DNA from: Paragordius varius
Taxonomy: Eukaryota > Animalia > Nematomorpha
Assembly: GCA_964247055.1 (NCBI GenBank)
Contig: OZ176050.1
Location: 10,354,001 to 10,418,000, forward strand
Direction of reading: 5' to 3'
Length of the DNA: 64,000 nt
The translations under genes were made by a program, and so were the position numbers. Under the pieces are notes generated by a model. The model was not told the DNA's origin. It made no database searches and worked only from the letters and a program-made list of their open reading frames with translations. Within the stretch, counting starts at the first letter, position 1. Every line of letters begins with the position of its first letter. Shown piece after piece: positions 55,439-64,000 of the stretch.

Positions 55439-58227
55439 TCAAGAATAAAATGTTAGCACGCTTTGTTGATTGCCACGGAGAAGTAAAGTTGGCGGTAAAT
55501 CTTTCGTCATGATTTCAAGCCATCCCATATAAAGAGCTGCGGAGCATGTTCCTTTCCTCGGGATAGGCAATGTCCTACAAACAAATATAAAATATAGTAA
55601 AAATTGCATATATAACAGACAAAAAGCAAAAAAAGAAGATGGCCATACTTTCTAAAAACTTGATTTTTTAAATATAACTTATTGTGGTGGGTTTGTTAGA
55701 AATAAAGATGACTAGTTATGAAACAACAATATCAATTGCCATCATAAATTAGGTAGAAAAAAACCGAGTTTAAAAATGTATGGCTGTTTTAAATAATATT
55801 TGTCTTCTACTAGTTCTTACGTTTTATCTTTATATTTGTAATATGCATATATATATATACATATATGCATATATACCATTTGCTCTTCAAGAGTGTCCTT
55901 GAACATTTCAAGTTGGTATTCACTTCAAGTTGGTCCTCAAAGACTTCAGGTTGGTCCTTGAGCACTTCATGTTGATCAATAAAGTTTTTAAAATTTGATT
56001 TAAAAATAATTTTATGTATTTTTTCATTTTGTAACCTAATTTTCTTTATTTATTATATATTTATTTAAAAATAAAAAATTTATTCTAAAACCACTTTTTG
56101 TTTACTAATTTTTTTCCAATTTAACAAAATTATTAATTTTAGAATGTTTTCAATGAAAAAATGCAAATAACTCAGAAAACTTATATATTTTATAATTATG
56201 CATTAAAATCTTATAAATATCGAAAATAATTTTAAAGTTGATATTGATTAAAAATTTCTGTTAAATAATAAAAAATAGGTGAAAAACGATTAAATACATA
56301 AATAATACACGATGATTGAAGTTAAAAAAAAACAAAAAAGTCAAAGGACCAACTTGATCAAGACCAACTTAAAATGTCCAAGGACCAACTTGAAATGTTC
56401 AAGACCAACTTAAAATGTCCAAGGACCAATTTGAAGTTTTCAAGGACACTCTTGTAGTGCAAATGGTATATTTTATATTTCAAAAAACAAAAAAAACATA
56501 CAGCACAATCAGGTTAGAATGTTTGGAGTATTGTTGCAATAATTCATGTAAACGAATATGTCTATGTGATTTTTGCTCCAAAGCAATATATTCGGCTTCC
56601 GTTATAGTTACACCGGGTTTGTGGCGATGATCATTTTCATCCGTTACACGATACTTTCCAATAATTTGGTGAAATATATCAATGCTAGCGATAATGCAAT
56701 ATATATATTGTATAAAGCACATTACGATTTTTACAATAAAATTTATATTAATATAATAAATAAATACTTTTCTTGTTTGGGTTTTTTGTGAATGTCTGGA
56801 AGGATAATAACATCAGAATAGTCAATGCGAAATTTTGTCAACATGGCTCCAAAACTATTAAATGACATTGATAAATAGATATAAAAGAGAACCATTATAC
56901 TTAGTTTCAATTAGATTGTTAAAATAAAATAAATAAATTATATTTTAGGTAGTGTAATATCGAAAATCAATTGTGTCAGAATGAAAGTGAATTTTGTTTC
57001 AAAAAATAATATAAATTTTAGCCATTTTTGATATAAAACACGAATAAAAATTGTACTTGTGATGCATGATGTCTAAATCCTTTTTATCTTTAGAGAGGGC
57101 AAAAAATCGCATTTTGCAGTTTTCCCAATTTTGCCGTTGAGATATAATATATGGCAATAATATCGTCAATCCTAAAAAAAATAAATTCATCTAAAAATTT
57201 ACAGAAAAGGATCAAATATAATAAGTTTACATATTTTTGAATTCAAAATTTGGCATTTTTACAAAAAAAGCAAACCTCCATCATCAAACAACCACCACAC
57301 ATCAATGAATCCTTTTCGTTGTCTCCTATGGAATTGATTAATAGAAGCCAATATGTGCTTGTTATATAACATCTTTGGTGTCCGTTTTCTACGTTTCGTT
57401 GGAGAAGTTGATGTATTTTGATTGTTGTCTTCAGTACCACCTATCAATTATAGAAAATGTGCATTATTTTAAAAATTATTGAAAATAGACTTGTTAATGC
57501 ACTTATAATATAGGGTGGTAAATGGCGACATAGCTACATTATTAATATTTAAGTAGTCTATAAGTTTTAATGAAAAATTTTTAAAAATACATATTTATTC
57601 ATTGCACACTAATACAATTACGAAAATTACAATTTTGATATAGAAATAGATGTAAAAATTTTGTCATGTCTTTTGTGTATAGAGCTAGCTTACAAATCAT
57701 TGAAAAGGTTAGATTCATTTTTTGTAATCACTTTGAGAGCATATTATGATAATTTTGAAAGATGTTTTGCTCCCAACCATATGTAACACCAAATAATAAT
57801 CTTTTGTTAGGGCAACTTTAAGGTATTTTGAAGCATTTACGGTATATAAACATACTAGTATATAAAATACTTTTTCTACATACACTGTTGCTCATCATTT
57901 CATTTTGATTTTTAAAAAAATTGGTTTGCCATCAATGACTTTGAAATATTAAAAAAATACAATATACATTTTTGAATGAATAAGAAATGTTTTGATTATA
58001 TTTTATGATGTGGATTTCCGAAATGCAAAATACATTAGAGGAGTCTAACAATAGTTTGGAGATTAAATTTACCTTAAAAGCGAAGGAAGTGTTTTCAAGT
58101 AAAATTATTATGTAAAATCTAACAGAATCCTTTTTTGCGCTGGATCTCGGCATTTTTGTTTTTATTTAAATAACATTCACCTATTTTAACGGTCAAAAAT
58201 ATGACACTTTAAAACCATATTTTAAAA

Positions 58228-58263
<36 letters not shown>

Positions 58264-61200
58264 CTTTATAAAAATAACAAATAATTTAATTTTGAGAAAT
58301 TAGGTTATACTCAAGTATTTAATGACATATCTGTGCACTATCAAACCTATTATATTGTATAACTTTTATGGTTGATGCCTTATTCATAGCGGTTTTTGAC
58401 CGTTTTAATGCCTAATTTAAAATGTTTTACTATCTTATGCATATATATTAAAATTATAAAAAAAGCCTTTATCGCATATTTTTTTTCCAATCTTATTTAA
58501 AGTTTGACTTGTATTTGTATGGTTTCAAGGTTTGGTCAAAAAGCTATTCTGTCTGGTCACTCATGGACAATATGGGAATACAATCCAGATGTGCTTGCTA
58601 TGCTATGATATGGTGTATTTTTATAGTCATGTTTTTACATTAACACTTTTCGCCATCAGTTTATAATTTAAAATAAACTTAACTTTAAAATACTTATTTT
58701 AAATTTTCCATGTATTTTTGATTAATAATAGCGACGAAAAAAACCTTTAGCTATATATTTATAATAAATTATGCTTTTTTTTGTTAAATTGAAGGGTATT
58801 TAAAATTTTTTGCTTCAGAGCGGTCCCACAAAGTACCCGTTTTGTAATTAATTTTATTATAATAATTTTTCTTGGCACTATGAAAAGGCACTTACTTGAT
58901 GCTTTTTTAATCTCGATAAAAAAGCTTCTGTCCAATCCTAAAAGAAATGCAAGCGTTATGGCGATGTTAAAATATTATGTAACTATTGTGAATACTGTAT
59001 TCCTCAATAATATCATTGAATCTGTCTTCACAGCTCTCAAACTAGATATAATGATTTCAGATTACCCGAGTGTTAAAACGAAATGGGCATAGGAAAAGAG
59101 GAATACCTAATTTAAACCCTTAACATAACATTTCTTAAAATGCAATTGATAAATATATTACCATTGATTTATTTTGTATTTATAATGATATTTATATCAC
59201 CTAATATCTTCATTTGATTTCGGTAATCTATGTGTGCTGCAATAATTTATGGTTGAATTTGTAATTTTATTTTGCTTCTTTGTCTTGGGGGCCCAAGCCA
59301 ATAGGTTCAAGGGGAATTTTCAAATTATTAGTACGGCCTTTATTGCTCTCAATTAAATGTGCATTCATTTTACAAAAAGCACATTGTTAATTACTGCTTT
59401 TCCATCCTAAAATGTCTTTATTCCTTGGGATTTTTTTAATTTTAAAAATACCATTATACAGCAAACATTACAGCAGTAGGTTTTTCTTTTTTAATATTAT
59501 TTTGTCTTGACTCATTGTTAAAGCATATTTCTATCGGATACTTTTTTGTTTCCAATATACGGAGGTGTTGTATTTACAGTATGACTAAGTATACATTGCT
59601 AGATTATAAATTACTGCCATTGCATAAGCTATTTGGCAATAATTAATAACTTTCTAGCAATATACACTTACTCATACTCTAATTATCCAAATCTTTTTAG
59701 TCTAGTTTGTGATCTCCGACTGTATATATGGTACATTAACTCATAAATTGCCAATATCAGTAAAAGACTTGGGGGATTCAAAAGTATTATAATATAGATA
59801 TCAAATTTAGTGAATGGTTGCAAATAAATTTTATGTTCATATTTTAGGCATAGCTATATGTAGAGCGCTTAAATTATGAAATGATCAATTTCCATGCCCG
59901 TTTTATAGTTTTAAGAATCGGACATCTGAATATCATTACATAATTTATGAAGACAGACTCAATGATATTATTGGAGAATACAGTATTCTTAATACTCCTT
60001 TACTAAAATTTTTAACAATGGTAATGTGGGTGGGAATATGTCATACGTACAAAAAGGTACAAACATGACTACGAAAATAACAGATTTGTATTTTTAGTCG
60101 CCCCTGAGTGATCAAACATGAAAGCGCTTACGAGCAGATGCAGTACTTTTCATTTAAGCTGTAAGCCATGATTGGAGAATGTATGTGACGCATTGTTAAA
60201 ATATAAATGCATATTTCTTCATTATTTTAGTAAATTCCATAAAACGCTTAGCAAAAATAATCAAAACTTTATTGTTGGACAATAACTTTAGTATTACGTT
60301 TATAAAATTATGTTAAAATAATCATAATGATAACAAGAGCTCGATCCCGAGGATAAGTCGTGGTCACATATTTAAAGGTTATTGGCAGAAAATGTGATGA
60401 AAACAGGAGCCAATAGATTAATTTAATCGTTTGTTAAAATATATATTCTAAACCAACGTTTATAGCAGAGATCATAAAACTTATATAACCGCAAATCCGC
60501 TAGAATAAACAACAAGTTTCTGTAAATAAAAATAGCGGATCGCCCCACAAGTATTACTATGATAATTATTATATGTATAAATATATTTAGTCGTAGGTGT
60601 TTTTCATTACACTATTATTTATGCTACTCTTTTTTATATGAAACTGAAACACATTGGAAATCGGACACCATTTTCATTGCAATCTTGGCCGGATAAATCC
60701 AAATACAAAACGAAATATTATTAAATGGTGTTTAAATAACTTTGTCTACCATGTTGGCAAAAATCATGCTATAACATTGTAAACTAAAATTTTCCATTTA
60801 ATATTCATAATTTTCTTTGGTGTTTAATAAATGTTATAAAACTTAATATAATTAAACATACCTTGAGCAGTTAATTCTGAATCCTTGGATCCTCTTTGTG
60901 TTTTATCCATATCAGGACTTTTTGGGGGTGTAGTGACCTCTTCTTTTCCTAAATATATTTTTAAAGTCACTTTTAATCGTTCTAACGTTTTTTAATCCAT
61001 ATACAATATATAATTACAATAAACTCACCAGATTGATCCATAAAGGCTGCCATAAAAAATAAGCATAAAATAATTTAAAGAAATACAAAAACGTTCGGCA
61101 ATAATGCAACCATTTAATGCAAAAATTAAATTAAAATCTAAACAAAAGTATAACAAAAATAACCAAAATATTTAAGTGAAACTTGTTCTTTTAGAGGCTT

Positions 61201-63300
61201 CACGAGATAAACAAGGAGAAGCTTTAATAGTTTCTAAAGGGCGGTGTGGTAAATTATCGCCAAGTGGTGGCGGCGGGTATAATTCATTTTTAGAAGACGA
61301 AGACTGAATTTTAGTATCGATATTTGGAATCGCATCATTTTTATTTCTTAATTTATTGCTATGGACTAAATTAAAGCTTCCCGTTTCAACATTAGACCGT
61401 TTCCCATTTTTAGCTCCTTGTGAAAGTTGAGTTGAAACCCCAAGCGAAGACGATATCGATGGGTTTTTACGGGTATTCTTCCGATTAAATAAAATATTTG
61501 AAGCGGATCGTTTTACACCAATTGATAAAGGAATTTTTTGAGGGTTAAGTTGTTGTCCGCTTTTCTTATGCTTTACGGAAGAGTGTAAAGGATCATAAAC
61601 ACCATGTGTACTAGATGAACCTATGAATTTTGGTATAAAATGTACAGTTTAGAGTCTCTTTTTTCCTTTTTTATTTAAGGATAAGGACTTAAATTGTATC
61701 CGGACATGTGAAGGCTTTAACACTCGCCCCAGGCTGACAGTGATGATGGAAAAATTGCGTATTTTCGGGGTTCGAACTCTGGCACAGTGTAAGAGTCCGG
61801 AGCCCTAGCTACTATGCCATCAGGCCTTTCGGTATATATTATCATTAGTTTAAAATTCATAATTCATTTATCAAAAACATTTAATGGGGGGTCGGCAACA
61901 TCTAGAATTGGAAATAAACCACCATCCGAAAAGATTGCCGACTCCTGATTCAACATATTACAAAATAATATTTTAATAACTCTACTACATATTATCCTAA
62001 TTCCTACAATTGTTTATATGTAATTACCATTTTTCGAACCAAAATTTATGCCACTGAATACGCGCCGATACTGAATCCTACCCCCATGCATAGGTAATTT
62101 TTGTGCAATGATATCACTAATTTTCTTTTCCTTTTTACTGTTTGGGTGGACATTTATGTTTGTGCTTGATAAAGCTGAATGTACACCAGTTTCATTGACT
62201 ATTTTATTTGTGGTTTGTAATGATGTGGGGGTTATAGCGGCTAAACCGATTCCCGAAACAACGCGTTTAAAAGGTTTAGCAATAAGCACATTAAGTAGTA
62301 ATTCCGATCGATTTTTCTTACGTTCTAGTACATTCGAATATAATAATTATGAGATTAATTAAGGTATACATTAAAATACGTGCAGTCCGGGTTTGAGTAC
62401 ACAAAGGCGTCTGAGCGAGTTTTTTATGTCAATGAAAAAAATATATGTATAATCTGAAAAAAACATATTTTACTCATCAAGGAGCATATTTAAAAGGGCG
62501 AGTCAAAAATATATCCTACCTCATAATTCATAAAATATGGAATCAATCATATTTAAAGGTTCGTGGAAAACTTTTTGAGAGACTATATAATTGTTTCTAA
62601 TAACGCCCATTTACAAATAAGTAAAAACAAGTAATTATACAGACAAAACGTTAAAATATAAAGACAATTTTTTTTAAAAAAGACAACCATACTTTTCTAT
62701 ATTTATACCAATATAAATCATTTTTTAAATAAAAAATTGTGAAATAGAGTTACGCAATACTAATACAGTCAATTCTATATTTTGTAATTGTAACTAAATA
62801 GCTTATACGAGAAAAATTAAGGTTTTGGAAAGTATGTGGTTGTCATTTGAAAAAAAATATATTTGTCTTTATATTTTTACGTTTTGTTCGTATAATTTCA
62901 ATTTTTACTGTAATTAAGTAAAAACAAGTAAGTAATTAACCTTCCCCAGCCAAATCATCGAATTCATCTTCGCCCGAATCAAACATGTATTCATCGTCGT
63001 CGTCGCCATCAACGTTGTCATCTCCATCCTCGTCCGTTATGATTTCAGCATCGCTCGCAAATTGTTCAGAATCGGGTTCATCACTTTCACTCTGGCGAGA
63101 GCCAACAAGCCTCCCTCCATTAAAATGGTTTGGGCCACGCATTTTAGCCAACATTATGTCTCCACATTCACTGTTAGAGAAAAGAGGATTGTTTAAAGCT
63201 CGACTCTGTATACCCGTCTGAGAATTAACAGGAGATATTTCAACATCATTATCATCGTCACCTTCTACGATACCTTGAAAGGTTACAGGTTGATCCCCAT
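55439..63300 (-). CDS. SLC12A: SLC12 cation-chloride cotransporter (NKCC/NCC type), 3' part; the 5' part probably lies beyond the right edge
   Basis: Exons 57440-57276, 57171-57057, 56854-56768, 56684-56502 and 55574-55439 encode [15 protein letters not shown]|LTILLPYII...WENCKMRFF...[12 protein letters not shown]...[20 protein letters not shown]|[44 protein letters not shown]. Upstream phase-1 low-complexity exons (63300-62941, 62324-62028, 61620-61183, 61046-61029, 60948-60862, 58937-58896, 58180-58124) are assigned to the same gene by inference. Confidence 0.85.
55874..56468. mobile_element. Fold-back element with 20/21-bp subterminal repeats in the last SLC12 intron
   Basis: The left arm taccatttgctcttcaagagtgtccttgaacatttcaagttgg mirrors the right arm ...caaggacactcttgtagtgcaaatggta. 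The arms carry tandem caaggaccaacttgaaatgtt units and the ends are TA-flanked. Confidence 0.8.
59577..59679. mobile_element. Tc1/mariner-type MITE (same family as 9539-9705)
   Basis: cagtatgactaagtatacattgctag ... ctagcaatatacacttactcatactc, TA-flanked. Confidence 0.65.
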
Positions 63301-63506
63301 CTATATTGTATGAAAATTAGACGGTGTTAACAATTGATTTATAAGGTATTAGTGGATAATAAAATTTGTTATTGATAATTTGTAAAAATATTTAATTTGT
63401 AATGACAATAAAAATTAACGAAACATTAAAAGTTATTAAAAATAACTGAATGACAGTTACTGTTTTAACTAATCAACTTTTAGTGTATGACAAAAACTGT
63501 AAATTA

Positions 63507-63548
<42 letters not shown>

Positions 63549-64000
63549 GTCAAACTTAGACATTGATGCTTTTTTATAACAACAGGCGATCATTTAAGCA
63601 ATATTGACTGTTTCTTTTTTACCTATTGTTTTATTCGTCTGCCAAAAATACTTTTACATATTAGAATTTATTATCTATGAGATATTCGATTCTCACAATT
63701 TAATTTAATTTTTGGGAGTGTTTTTAATTTGCATTCAGGTAAATTATTAAATTCATATATTTAGATTAATCATTATGTATTGACTAAAAATAGTTGACAA
63801 AATTAAAATATGACTTTTTTGGAAACTTTTTATCCCATGTACCGAATAATATTTTATCACAAAAAAATTTTATATTTCAAATAAAAGTTAATTTAAACTT
63901 TACAGTTTCTCTAATCAAATATGAAGCTTTTATGTTTAATTCGCCCAATCTTACAAAAACTATAATTAAAGTTTTGATTTAAGAAAACTTTAGTTCACAA

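Overview
This is very AT-rich animal genomic DNA with spliceosomal GT-AG introns. No prokaryotic features, rRNA, tRNA or CRISPR array were seen. Exon chains were assembled by eye from splice sites, phase and motif recognition. Left to right, the window holds: (1) a ~566-bp tandem array running in from the left edge, plus decayed LINE and piggyBac-like relics (1-8.7 kb); (2) a follistatin-like gene (+, three FS domains, 5' end not found); (3) an LC3/ATG8-family gene (-), probably with a long N-terminal extension; (4) a ~20-exon CRTC/TORC gene (-, ~1,270 aa); (5) a small orphan gene with two hydrophobic segments (+); (6) a CRMP/UNC-33-like, catalytically dead dihydropyrimidinase homologue (-); (7) a ~16.6-kb array of a 62-bp satellite with a ~7.2-kb higher-order duplication, a terminal fold-back inversion and a degenerate tail; (8) the 3' part of an SLC12 (NKCC/NCC-type) cotransporter (-) that apparently carries a >400-aa disordered insertion and runs off the right edge. 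The most striking signal is a recurrent class of 22-24-nt introns in four different genes, sitting beside ordinary 70-1,300-nt introns that carry MITEs.
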